Positions 17,632 through 26,651 of a DNA stretch of 64,000 bases are shown here, piece by piece. The position numbers were made by a program, and so were the translations under genes. Every line of letters begins with the position of its first letter. Position 1 is the first letter of the stretch. Origin of the DNA: Planctomycetota bacterium. Lineage in GTDB: Bacteria > Planctomycetota > PLA2 > JAEUHO01. Under the pieces are notes generated by a model, which was given only the letters and a program-made list of their open reading frames with translations, ran no database searches and was not told the origin of the DNA. Location of the stretch: contig CBDCWP010000021.1 of the NCBI GenBank assembly GCA_965223505.1, forward strand, positions 416,001 through 480,000. The letters are read 5' to 3'.

Positions 17632-18579
17632 TCAAGCGCCGTCGGGCTTGCCATCCGTTTCCGGCTTCGGCGCGAACTGGAAGGGGACCGTCAAGTCGCC
17701 ATTCATTTCGAAGGGCGTCGGTGCCGGGAGCGCGATCTTCGCGTGCGTCGTTCCCTCGGGGGGCTGCACCGCAGCCCCGGCGGCGCCGCCTCACCCATAC
17801 CGCATCGCCCCCTCGGCGAGCACGTCGCCGTCGGCGTTCAAGCACTGCCACGTCAGGCCGATGCGCTTGCCCCTGCGGTAGAGCGTGTTGCCCAGCCGCT
17901 TCTCCGCCTGGAAGACGACGCCGATCCGGTGCTGCCCCTTGCGCTCGAACGCACGCGCCTTCACCACGAGGCCGGTCCGCACGGCGCAGTGCGTCGTTTC
18001 GTCGGCCGTCACCTCGATTTCGCGGAAGGACGGCGAGGTCGTGGACCAGATCCACTCGGTTCCGTCCTTCTCCGCCTCGATGTGCCGGTAGCCGGTCACC
18101 TGGTACGAACCCACGGGCAACGGACGCTCGCGTTGCTCGTCATCGGGCGACCACCGCAGGCGGTACGTCTGTGACCTGTCGCCCTTGCGGAAGAGGAACA
18201 GCTCTCCATTGGCGATGGTCGACGTCACGAGCCCCGTCGGCGTCTCGTCGCCGTGCGAGGCCGTCGCAGACACGACGCAGGTCGGCTTGCCCTCTGCGTC
18301 GTTCTCGAGGTACTTGATCAAGGCCTCACGGGCCTCGGGCGGGGTGCCCGTTCACGAGGTTTCGGTCACCTGCCGCAGGAACGCGCGATCGGTCTCGAAG
18401 GTCGTGTCCGGCACGGTGTGGCACTTGGCGCAGGTGTGATGCCACGCTTCCTTCGCCTTGGCCGTCCAATCGACCGCGTCCTCGTCGGTCTTGTCGTCGG
18501 CGGCGAGCTCCATCATGCCGATGGAGAACCACGTGGCGACGACGACGGCGAGCATGCTTGCGCGTACCGGAATGCTCAT
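17632..18579 (-). CDS. exported monoheme c-type cytochrome, predicted selenoprotein with two in-frame UGA (U76, U263), 315 aa
   Basis: GGAGG RBS and ATG at 18579; signal peptide; CAKCH. TGA at 18354-18352 and 17793-17791 are in frame, and the reading continues TGTPPEAREALIKYL... and GGAAGAAVQPPEG... to TGA 17634-17632, just short of the convergent gene ending 17613. A hairpin follows each UGA. Confidence 0.75.
17760..17778 (-). promoter_or_regulatory. SECIS-like hairpin after UGA 17793-17791
   Basis: GGGGCUGC-GGU-GCAGCCCC perfect 8-bp stem; loop GGU at +21..+23 after the UGA. Confidence 0.65.
18319..18337 (-). promoter_or_regulatory. SECIS-like hairpin after UGA 18354-18352
   Basis: CGAGGCC-CGUGA-GGCCUUG 7-bp stem (one G-U pair); loop G and U at +23 and +24. 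Confidence 0.55.
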
Positions 18580-18866
18580 GACGACCTCCGGCTTCCACGA
18601 TAGCAGCCTGGTGCGGCGGCCCCGGAGGCGCGGCTGCGGACGGAGGCGAGGCTCGCCGCCGCCGCGGTGGGGGCGCCTCCCGCGCCGGCGGACAGGCCGT
18701 AGCCGCCCGTTAGGGCTCACGTGGAATTCAGCGGTCATCGCGAGTGGCCGCTGCCGAGAACTTCGGACAGACTCCCGTTGCCGGTGCTCCTCTCTCACCC
18801 GGAGGAGCGCCGGTGTGGACTTGTCAGTGTGGGTTTGCGGTGCGTCTCCTAGGGGGGGACACACCC

Positions 18867-19484
18867 GTGTCAGTTGAGACAATCGCCACTGCGCGGCCCC
18901 GGCCTGCGCAGAGTGGCTTCAGTTTGCTCGAGGTGCTCATCGGCGCCGTCGTGCTCGCCGTCGCGTTGCTGGGCCATCTCGCCAGCACCGGAACCGAGCA
19001 CCGTCTGGCGGAGCAGCAGCGCGTTCGCAGCCAGATGCTGCAGACGACGCGCCAGTTCATGGAGCGGCTGCGCTCCGACGAGAACTGGGACACGCTCTAC
19101 GATCGCCTGCGGACCGCGCAGTTCTCGCTGACCGTCGACGGCAAGGCCGGCACGGCGCTCGACAGCGGGAAGCTCGCGTGGCAGTTGACCGACTACTACC
19201 CGGAGATCGTCGTCCCCGAAACGCTCAGCGACATGCGAGTCCGCGTGGAGGTCCCCGCGACGCCCACGATGGTCAGTGGGGCACTCGGCATGCGGCTGCG
19301 CGAGGACGCGAGTCTCGAACAGTTCGGGCTCCCCGCGGATCTCGACGGAACCGGGACGATTACGTCCGATGTGTGCGACGACAGCTACGTCGCGCTGCCG
19401 GTGGTCGTCACGTTTCGCTGGGAGCTTCGCGGCCAAGCGGCGCGTGAGATGCGGGTCGCCACGTGGCTCAGGGGGAATCGATAG
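18867..19484 (+). CDS. prepilin-type N-terminal cleavage/methylation protein (PilV-like minor pilin)
   Basis: QSGFSLLEVLIGAVVLAVALLG class III signal. Confidence 0.85.
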   Translation: MSVETIATARPRPAQSGFSLLEVLIGAVVLAVALLGHLASTGTEHRLAEQQRVRSQMLQTTRQFMERLRSDENWDTLYDRLRTAQFSLTVDGKAGTALDSGKLAWQLTDYYPEIVVPETLSDMRVRVEVPATPTMVSGALGMRLREDASLEQFGLPADLDGTGTITSDVCDDSYVALPVVVTFRWELRGQAAREMRVATWLRGNR

Positions 19485-20069
19485 ATGTCCAAGTCCACTG
19501 CTTCACAGCGCGGCTTCACGTACCTCGAAGTGCTGATCGTCATGGTGATCGCGGGAACGGCGCTCGCCGGTCTCGGCAAGTCCCTCACGACCGCTCAGGA
19601 TCTCTCGAGCGAGACGCACCTTCTGGGGCAGGCGCATGCCGAGCATCGCAGGAATTTCGAGGCGATCGGCAACGCGTTGCGCTCCGTCGACATCAACACC
19701 CTCACCGGTTTCGTCGACAAGACGGTGGACGGCGACGTGATCAGCGTCGCCGCCAACCCGACGTTCGCCCGCGTCATCGGCACGCAGGACGACGCTCGTG
19801 TCTACAGCGACACCGAAGAACTTCGCTGGGAGAGCGTTCCCACGGTCATCGACGGCATCGCGAACCCCGGCCAAGTGAGCTTGGTCACGCTCAACAACGA
19901 CGGAACCGTCAAGAGCAAGGTCATGATCGGCAAGAACGTACCGTCCGGCGGTTTCCTGCTGCGCCAGGAAGGGCGCACGCTCGTCATCGCACTCACCACC
20001 TACTACGTCCTTCCCGGCCGCGAGCCGTATGTCGTGAGCAGCGAAAGCGCTGTGTCGCTGAGGAACTAG
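19485..20069 (+). CDS. prepilin-type protein (PilW/GspJ-like)
   Basis: QRGFTYLEVLIVMVIAG class III signal. Confidence 0.85.
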   Translation: MSKSTASQRGFTYLEVLIVMVIAGTALAGLGKSLTTAQDLSSETHLLGQAHAEHRRNFEAIGNALRSVDINTLTGFVDKTVDGDVISVAANPTFARVIGTQDDARVYSDTEELRWESVPTVIDGIANPGQVSLVTLNNDGTVKSKVMIGKNVPSGGFLLRQEGRTLVIALTTYYVLPGREPYVVSSESAVSLRN

Positions 20070-20071
20070 TC

Positions 20072-21316
20072 ATGGACACCAAATCGAAGAGCCGCCGGAC
20101 CACCGAGTCGGGGATGATGATCGTGGTCGTCGCGTTCGTCGTCGTCTTGATGGCGGGCCTTTCCCTCGGCTTCTTGACCACGGGCCTTTCCGAGCGGCAG
20201 TCCGTCATCCACCACGAAACCAGCATGGAGGCCCTCGAGATCACGGAGATGGGTCTCGTGAAAGCCGAGTCGATGATCCGCGGACAGACCGCCAAGGACA
20301 GCGACTCGATCAGCGGCGCGTACGCCGACGGGACGTTCGAGGTGGGGATGGAGCACGACCCCGACCGGCCCCGTCGCTGGGTGCTGACCGGCGAGGCCTC
20401 GAAGGGGCACAGCCAGCGTCGCGTCGAGGTGGAGCTGCGCATCTTCTTCGACGGGCTGTTCAACCACGGCATGTTCGGGAAGCGCTCGCTGGACATCCGC
20501 TCGACCTCGACGACCGACTCCTACGACAGCCGTCTGGGTACCTATGCCTCGCAGGCCGTCAATGTCGACGCATACGGCGTGCACGCGGACGGCGATGCGC
20601 ACGTCGGCAGCAACGGGAGCGTCACGCTGAGCGGTACGGGAATCGTGCGCGGTGACGCCATCCCGGGTCCGCTGAGCACGACGACGGTGAACGGTACTTC
20701 CTCGGTCGATGGGGATCAGATCCCCCTGCAAGACGAGCTGGACGTCCCCGACATCCGCTACGCCGTGTTCGCCGACGCGCTGGCGAACAACAACAACGCG
20801 TCCATCGACGGCACGCTGCCCGGCGTGACCTACAACGCCGCAACCTACAAGCTCAGCGTGAAGGCCGGCGCGACCCTCGTGCTCGACCCGGGGACGTACT
20901 TCTTCACCGATCTCGTCCTCACGGGCGGTTCCAACATCGTTCTGACCGGCCCGGTCAAGTTCTACGTGACGGGACGCTTCAACCTGGGCGGCGGTTCCAT
21001 CCTCAATAGCAGCATGCGGGCCAAGGACCTTCAGGTGTACGCGCACCCGTATGCGTTGCCCGCGGGCCACGCACCGGGCACCCACCAGCTGATCGTGAAC
21101 GGCCAGTCCGCCACGGCGATGGCCGTGTACGCGCCCGAGCGCGACGTGCTGATCGACGGCGGCGCGCCGTTCTTCGGCGCCGTGGTCGGCCGCGACGTCG
21201 TCATCCAGGGTGATTCGCAATTCCACTACGACCGGGAGCTGGGCGACATCTTCGGCGAGAGCACGGCGACCGTCGAGCGCCTCTACTGGCGCGAGCTCTC
21301 GGTACCTGCACGGTAG
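20072..21316 (+). CDS. PilX/GspK-like minor pilin with beta-solenoid-like C-terminal domain
   Basis: ESGMMIVVVAFVVVLMAGL (no Glu5, typical of PilX); TDSYDS, GAVVGR, FHYD motifs. Confidence 0.8.
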   Translation: MDTKSKSRRTTESGMMIVVVAFVVVLMAGLSLGFLTTGLSERQSVIHHETSMEALEITEMGLVKAESMIRGQTAKDSDSISGAYADGTFEVGMEHDPDRPRRWVLTGEASKGHSQRRVEVELRIFFDGLFNHGMFGKRSLDIRSTSTTDSYDSRLGTYASQAVNVDAYGVHADGDAHVGSNGSVTLSGTGIVRGDAIPGPLSTTTVNGTSSVDGDQIPLQDELDVPDIRYAVFADALANNNNASIDGTLPGVTYNAATYKLSVKAGATLVLDPGTYFFTDLVLTGGSNIVLTGPVKFYVTGRFNLGGGSILNSSMRAKDLQVYAHPYALPAGHAPGTHQLIVNGQSATAMAVYAPERDVLIDGGAPFFGAVVGRDVVIQGDSQFHYDRELGDIFGESTATVERLYWRELSVPAR

Positions 21317-21318
21317 AC

Positions 21319-22200
21319 GTGCGCGCGTTCGCCCGCCTCCTTCTGGTCATGCTCGCCGCGGCGCCCTCCTGGGCTTCGCCGGTGTCGGCGAAACCGCTTG
21401 CTACGGCCGAGGTGCGCACGGCACTGGCGAAGGCGTACCGCCAGGGCCCCGACGCCATGGTCGCGCTCTGCGCCGAGCTCGGCCGTGCCGGCGGCGTAGC
21501 GGCCGTCGAGGGTCTGGTCGAGCTGCACGACCATCGCTCGGGCCGTGAGTACGAGAAGGCCCGCATCGCGGCGCTCGAAGCGCTGGCGCAGATCGGACTT
21601 CGAAGCGAACGCGCCCACAAGCGTCTCGCCGAGTCGCTTGCCGGCTCCACGAGCGAGCGCCTGGCGGCGATCACCGCGCTGGGCCGGCTCGGCGACGGCC
21701 GCGACATGCGTACGCTGCTCACCTTCGCTCGCGACGAAAGCCGGGAGATCAAGCTCGCGGCGTTTCGTTCTCTCAAGACCCTCACGGGCGCCTCGGTTCC
21801 GTTCGTCTACGCCAGGTGGACACACTGGTGGCGTACGACGAAGAGGAGCGGCATGGGCCCGCTCTACGCCGCACTCGACGCGCTCGAAGAGGACCCGAAA
21901 GACGAAGAGCACTGGCAGAAGCACGTCACCACGATCGCCGAGAACGGTTGGATCGACCTCGCCGAGGTCGAGATGGCCATCGAGGAATGGCTGGCCGGCT
22001 CCGACGCGCTGCTACAAGCCGCCGCCAGTCACCTGGCCGGCAAGTTCCGTCTCCTCGACTACGGGCCGCGCATCGCCAAGATCCGCGTGCACGGCTTCGA
22101 TCCGCCTCGGCTCGAGGACGAGATCCGGAAGGCGCTGAAGGACCTCGGCATGACAGCGGCGCTCGACGCGCGCGTCGCCGCCGAGAAGCTCCCGAAGTAG
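21319..22200 (+). CDS. secreted HEAT-repeat protein
   Basis: Signal peptide; RIAALEALAQIG and RLAAITALGRLGD repeats; W..WW motif. Confidence 0.75.
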   Translation: MRAFARLLLVMLAAAPSWASPVSAKPLATAEVRTALAKAYRQGPDAMVALCAELGRAGGVAAVEGLVELHDHRSGREYEKARIAALEALAQIGLRSERAHKRLAESLAGSTSERLAAITALGRLGDGRDMRTLLTFARDESREIKLAAFRSLKTLTGASVPFVYARWTHWWRTTKRSGMGPLYAALDALEEDPKDEEHWQKHVTTIAENGWIDLAEVEMAIEEWLAGSDALLQAAASHLAGKFRLLDYGPRIAKIRVHGFDPPRLEDEIRKALKDLGMTAALDARVAAEKLPK

Positions 22201-22206
22201 CGCGTC

Positions 22207-23157
22207 TCAATCCCAGAGCGACGCGAGCGAGTACGGCGATCCTTCCGGCGCCCAGAAGCTGCCGTCGATGTAGCGGTGGCCGGCGTCGAGCGCCAAGATC
22301 TGCGTCATGTCGTCTTCGTCGAGCTCGAGCGACGCCGCGGCGAGGTTCTGCGCCATGCGCTCTTTGTTGACCGACTTGGGGATCACGCTCGTTCCGCGGC
22401 AAACGGCCCACGCGAGCAGCACCTGTGCGTGGGTGACGCCGTGTCGCGCCGCCACCTCGCCGATGACCGGGTGCGTCAGCAGATCGGGGTCGTCTGCCTT
22501 GCGCAGCACCTCGGGCCGGTCCGGGGAGCCGAGCGGCGAGTAGGCCGTGACGTGGACACCGCGCTCGGCGCAGCGGGCGAGCAGGTCCTCTTGCGCCAGG
22601 TAGGGGTGCAGCTCGACCTGGTTGACGGCGACGGGAACCTCGGCTTGGTCGGCGAGCGCTTCGACCTTCTTCGCGCTGAAGTTCGAGACGCCCAGGTGCC
22701 GCACCAGTCCGCCCTTCTTGCACGCCTCCATCGCACGCCAGGTCTCCAGCAACGGAACCTCGTCGAGGCTCACGAGATCGGCCGCCGACTCGGGAAAGAA
22801 CACGCCCGGCTTCAACGCGACCGGCCAGTGCATCAGGTAGAGGTCGAGCTCGTCGAGCTTCAGATCCCCGAGCGTCTTCTCGAGCGCGGGACGCACGTCG
22901 CTCTCGCGGTGCGCGTCGTTCCAGAGCTTGGAGGTGATGAACAAGTCCTCGCGTGTGACGTCGCCGTCCTCGATGGCCGCGCGAATCGCCTCGCCGATCT
23001 CGGCTTCGTTGGCGTACGCCGCGGCGCAGTCGAAGTGCCGGTAGCCGAGGCGAATCGCCGTTCGGATGACGGGTGCGACCTCGCCGGGGTCCGACTTCCA
23101 GGTGCCGAGGCCCAGGGCGGGAATGGTGCCACCGTCCGACAGGTCATGGTGCTTCAC
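22207..23157 (-). CDS. aldo/keto reductase
   Basis: LGLGTW, GYRHFDCAAAYANE, FITSKLWN, DLYLMHWP, GVSNF, VIPKS. GTG start at 23157. Confidence 0.95.
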   Translation of the reverse strand: MKHHDLSDGGTIPALGLGTWKSDPGEVAPVIRTAIRLGYRHFDCAAAYANEAEIGEAIRAAIEDGDVTREDLFITSKLWNDAHRESDVRPALEKTLGDLKLDELDLYLMHWPVALKPGVFFPESAADLVSLDEVPLLETWRAMEACKKGGLVRHLGVSNFSAKKVEALADQAEVPVAVNQVELHPYLAQEDLLARCAERGVHVTAYSPLGSPDRPEVLRKADDPDLLTHPVIGEVAARHGVTHAQVLLAWAVCRGTSVIPKSVNKERMAQNLAAASLELDEDDMTQILALDAGHRYIDGSFWAPEGSPYSLASLWD

Positions 23158-23278
23158 GGGAGCTCTCCTCTCGCCCGCGTTGTACTCCGGAACCGAGCGT
23201 CGAATGAAGTCCTTGCCACGACGAAGGAACACGACGCGTTCCACGCGCGTCTCCTGGTTTCGCGAATGGAGGTGCGCC

Positions 23279-23530
23279 ATGTCCAGACGAAACAGCCCCG
23301 ACGATCTCCCGTCCTTTCGATCGGACGAGCAAGCGTAGAAGGGGGTTCCCTTCCGAGACCCGCGTCGGCCGCGGCGTGCGCGTGGTGCACGGCAACAAGG
23401 AGCTTCTCGAGAAGCTCGGCCGCAACGACCTGTGTCCGTGCGGCTCCGGTCGGCGCTTTCAAGCGCTGCTGCCTTCGTAGCGGCCGCTTTCGACGGCTCG
23501 CAGCGGAACGACTACTTCCGCGACGAGTGA
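23279..23530 (+). CDS. SEC-C zinc-binding motif small protein (82 aa), reconstructed through three +1 frameshifts at C_TTT_C
   Basis: GGAGGT RBS plus ATG 23279. Segments [13 protein letters not shown] / [47 protein letters not shown] / [10 protein letters not shown] / [15 protein letters not shown]. Junctions at TTT 23315-17, 23457-59 and 23488-90. Confidence 0.75.
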
Positions 23531-23596
23531 ACCTGCGCTCCACGGGCTCCGGCCCGTGGAGCATGTCTTCGGAACGGCGATCGCTCGAGTCTGCCG

Positions 23597-24670
23597 CTAT
23601 TTGTCCGTGATCGCCTGAATCTCGGACAATAGCGCGTCCGCGACGATGCGGTTCCCGAGCTCGTTCCAGTGCGGGTCCCGGTCGAACTGCGTCGGTTCGG
23701 ACGATGCCAACTTGGGACGCTCGAAGTACGGAACGAGATCGATGAACGGGATGCCGAGCGTCTCGCACGCCTGCGCCGCACGCTGTCCGCCGTACGGTGC
23801 CGCGATCCAGAGCGGCAGCGAGTGCTCGCCGCAAAGATCGCGCAGTCGTTCATAGACGAACTCGAGGGCGACTTGCTCGTCGTCCTCGAAGCGGGCCGGT
23901 AGCGCAGGCGCAGCTCCGGACGCCGGCACCACTGCCGGCTGATCGGTCCGACGTGCCGCACTGACGTAGAAGTGCAGGTAGTTGTAGACCATCGAGTTGT
24001 TGACCAGCCAGCCCTCGATCGTGCGTCCGAACTGCTGCTCGACTTGCTCGTTCTCGATGCGTGCCCGGCCGTTCTCGACGACGACGTACGGCCGCGTGCG
24101 CCGAACATCGACGTTCTCCCCTGCGTCGTTGTGGCAGAACATCAGGAGCACCGCATCCGGCCGTTCGCCGCGATCGAGGCGCTCGCGCAAGAGCAAGTAC
24201 TCCTGCAGCGAGGAGTACCCGGGCGCACCCAGGTTGCGGTACACCCGGCCGTCCGAACCCAGATTCATGTGATCGACCCAGGTTCGACCGTCCCGTACAC
24301 CCCAGCCCCACGTCAGCGAGTCGCCGAGGCACCACACCACGTCGACCGTGGACGTGGCATCCTCGGCGATGCGCGACCCGATGTTGCAGCGGCGAAAGCC
24401 GTCTTCGTCGTGCGTGATCTCCACGTCGAACTCCGTCGTGGTGAATCGGGCATCGGCATCGGGACGTCCGACCCAGCCGATACGGGGATGGAACTCGAAG
24501 TAGGCGACGAGCACCGTGGGGGTGCGCGGTGCGACGCCGGCGATGCGCAGGCCGACCTCCGCGAGCAACACGACGAACAGGAGCGAGCCGAGAAGCAACC
24601 CAACCCGTGCCGCGACGTATCGAACGCGTGACAGGAGCCCCTTCTTCGGTATCGGCTCCGACGCGTTCAT
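23597..24670 (-). CDS. SGNH/GDSL hydrolase-like protein (AlgX/AlgJ-type)
   Basis: N-terminal TM; LGDSLTWG, NLGAPGYS, CHND, DPHWN. Confidence 0.85.
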   Translation of the reverse strand: MNASEPIPKKGLLSRVRYVAARVGLLLGSLLFVVLLAEVGLRIAGVAPRTPTVLVAYFEFHPRIGWVGRPDADARFTTTEFDVEITHDEDGFRRCNIGSRIAEDATSTVDVVWCLGDSLTWGWGVRDGRTWVDHMNLGSDGRVYRNLGAPGYSSLQEYLLLRERLDRGERPDAVLLMFCHNDAGENVDVRRTRPYVVVENGRARIENEQVEQQFGRTIEGWLVNNSMVYNYLHFYVSAARRTDQPAVVPASGAAPALPARFEDDEQVALEFVYERLRDLCGEHSLPLWIAAPYGGQRAAQACETLGIPFIDLVPYFERPKLASSEPTQFDRDPHWNELGNRIVADALLSEIQAITDK

Positions 24671-24806
24671 TCACCCTCCGTGCGTTTCCGGGACTCTACC
24701 GCCGAGGACTGAGAATCCGCTGTTCGTGCCGGGCTCGTCGGCACGTTGGCCGTCTTGCGAGGCCCGGGCTGTTTGTTCGGCGGTCCGCCGACCGTAAGGT
24801 GTCGCG

Positions 24807-25217
24807 ATGCAGCTGGATCTCACCGACGTCGACGGCGGCGACGACTTCGACGCCGTGCAGAACGGCCTGCAGGCGTTCAACGACGCGGTCGCCTCCGACC
24901 CGCAGGTGTGCCCGTTGAACGTCTATGCGCGTGAAGGCGACGTGCTGGTCGGCGGCCTCTGCGGCCGGACGGTTTGGAACTGGCTCTTCGTCGGACAGGT
25001 CTGGGTCGAGGAGGCGCGCCGGCGGTCCGGCATCGGTCGCCGGCTCATGGATGCTGCGGAGGCGGCGGCGAAGGGACGCGGCTGCAACCACGCGTTCCTG
25101 GACACCATCAGCCTGCAAGCGCCGGGTTTCTACGCGAAGCTGGGCTACCGCGTCATCGGCACGCTCGAGGACTTTCCCCCCGGCGAGCGCAAGTTCTTCA
25201 TGACGAAGGAGTTGTAG
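24807..25217 (+). CDS. GNAT family N-acetyltransferase
   Basis: VWVEEARRRSGIGRRLM, QAPGFYAKLGY. Confidence 0.9.
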   Translation: MQLDLTDVDGGDDFDAVQNGLQAFNDAVASDPQVCPLNVYAREGDVLVGGLCGRTVWNWLFVGQVWVEEARRRSGIGRRLMDAAEAAAKGRGCNHAFLDTISLQAPGFYAKLGYRVIGTLEDFPPGERKFFMTKEL

Positions 25218-25308
25218 GCGACTGTCATCCGCACCTACACGGGTGTCGGACGCGATGACAGGGGCGCCATGCGGTTCGCGGCCGCTCGATCCGACGTAGG
25301 CTGGCCGC

Positions 25309-26067
25309 ATGGCCGCCAACGCATTCATGCCCAAGCTCGCGATCGCGTTGCTCGGGTGCCTCGTTCTCATCGGAGTCGTCATGGGCGATACCCACGTTCC
25401 CGTCGCCATCGAACCCGACGCCAAGCTGCCGGAGGGTGTCGAGGTCGCGACCTTCGCGCTCGGGTGATTCTGGGGCCCCGACACCCGGTTCGGGAGTCGC
25501 CCTGGTGTTCTTCGCACGCGCGTCGGCTATGCCGGCGGAACGAAGGACAAGCCGACGTACCGCAACCTCGGGGATCACACCGAGGCCATTCAGATCGAGT
25601 TCGATCCGAAGAAGATCAAGTACGAGGAGCTGCTCGACATCTTCTGGTCGTCGCACGATCCCTTCGGGCGCTCGTGGTCGACGCAGTACAAAGCCGTGCT
25701 CTGGACCCACGACGAGGCGCAGGAGAAGGCCGCCAAGAATTCCATCGAGGCGCTCGCCAAGAAACACCAGGGGCGCCAGCCGACCACCGAGGTCGCCAAG
25801 GCCACCAAGTTCTGGATCGCCGAGGACTACCATCAGAAATACTCGCTGCGCCGTCACAAGGCGCTCATCGATGCGTTGCTCGACGGCGACGTCACCGAGG
25901 AGAAGATCCGCGAGAGCACAGTGACTACGCGTGCGAACGGTTGGGTCGCCGGCCACGGCACGAAGGCCGAGATCGAGGCCGAAGCCAAGGCGCTCGGCCT
26001 GAGCGAGAAGGCGCTCGAGGCGCTGCGCCGCGTGCTCGGGGAGCGAATGCCCGTCGGCTGCGGGTAG
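25309..26067 (+). CDS. msrA: peptide-methionine (S)-S-oxide reductase, selenocysteine-containing (U53), with signal/anchor peptide
   Basis: ATFALG-TGA(25465-67)-FWG replaces canonical GCFWG; TRVGYAGG, PTY, DHTEAIQIEFDP, AEDYHQKY are all in frame. Alternative ATG at 25327. Confidence 0.92.
25479..25499 (+). promoter_or_regulatory. SECIS-like hairpin of msrA
   Basis: CGAC-A-CCCG-GUU-CGGG-A-GUCG; GGU at +20..+22 after the UGA. Confidence 0.65.
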
Positions 26068-26072
26068 CGAGC

Positions 26073-26609
26073 CTAGTGGCGCCGCATCGCGGCGCGCTGC
26101 ACCGAGCCGAGCTCGTAGCTCGCCACGCGCGGCACCTTGCCGTTGCCGCCCGAGAGGTGCACGGGCTTCGCGCCGAAGGTCGTCAGCGTCACGATCATCT
26201 GATGGCCGGCGCGTGCGTAGGTCGACTCGATTACGGTGTCGCCGATCCAGAACCGGCTGTGCAGCGTGTCGTTCTCGAAGAACGCGGCGATGAGGATGCC
26301 GTTCTTCTCGTCGATCTGATAGTGGTTCATCTCTTCCCGGACGGGGATCAGCTCGTACGGCCGCGTCTGCTGCTTCTCGCCTTCGCCGTAGAGGATCTTC
26401 CAGCTCCAGCCCTTGCCTTCCTTCAGCGGCGCGATGTGGAGCTCCATCGGGAACTCCAGGACGGTCTTGTTGTTCCGGATGATCTTGGAAGGCCCTTTCC
26501 AGACGCCTTCCCACGACGCTGGGAAGACCTTCTGCTTGAGAACGTCCTCCTCGGCACGCAGCGATGAGGGGACAACGAGGAAGAGGGCGATGATGACGAA
26601 GATGCGCAT
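26073..26609 (-). CDS. secreted hypothetical protein (beta-barrel-like)
   Basis: Signal MRIFVIIALFLVVPSSLRA; FPASWEGVWKG, RPYEL, IDEKNGI. Confidence 0.75.
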   Translation of the reverse strand: MRIFVIIALFLVVPSSLRAEEDVLKQKVFPASWEGVWKGPSKIIRNNKTVLEFPMELHIAPLKEGKGWSWKILYGEGEKQQTRPYELIPVREEMNHYQIDEKNGILIAAFFENDTLHSRFWIGDTVIESTYARAGHQMIVTLTTFGAKPVHLSGGNGKVPRVASYELGSVQRAAMRRH

Positions 26610-26651
26610 GGCTCTAGGGTGGCAGATGGAGCCCACGCCTGCCAGGCTGCG

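Noticed and set aside
23158..23280. 41-aa N-terminal extension of the aldo/keto reductase in the ORF track
   Set aside because: Family similarity starts at GTG 23157, which has a purine-rich RBS. The extension overlaps the divergent SEC-C gene's RBS region.
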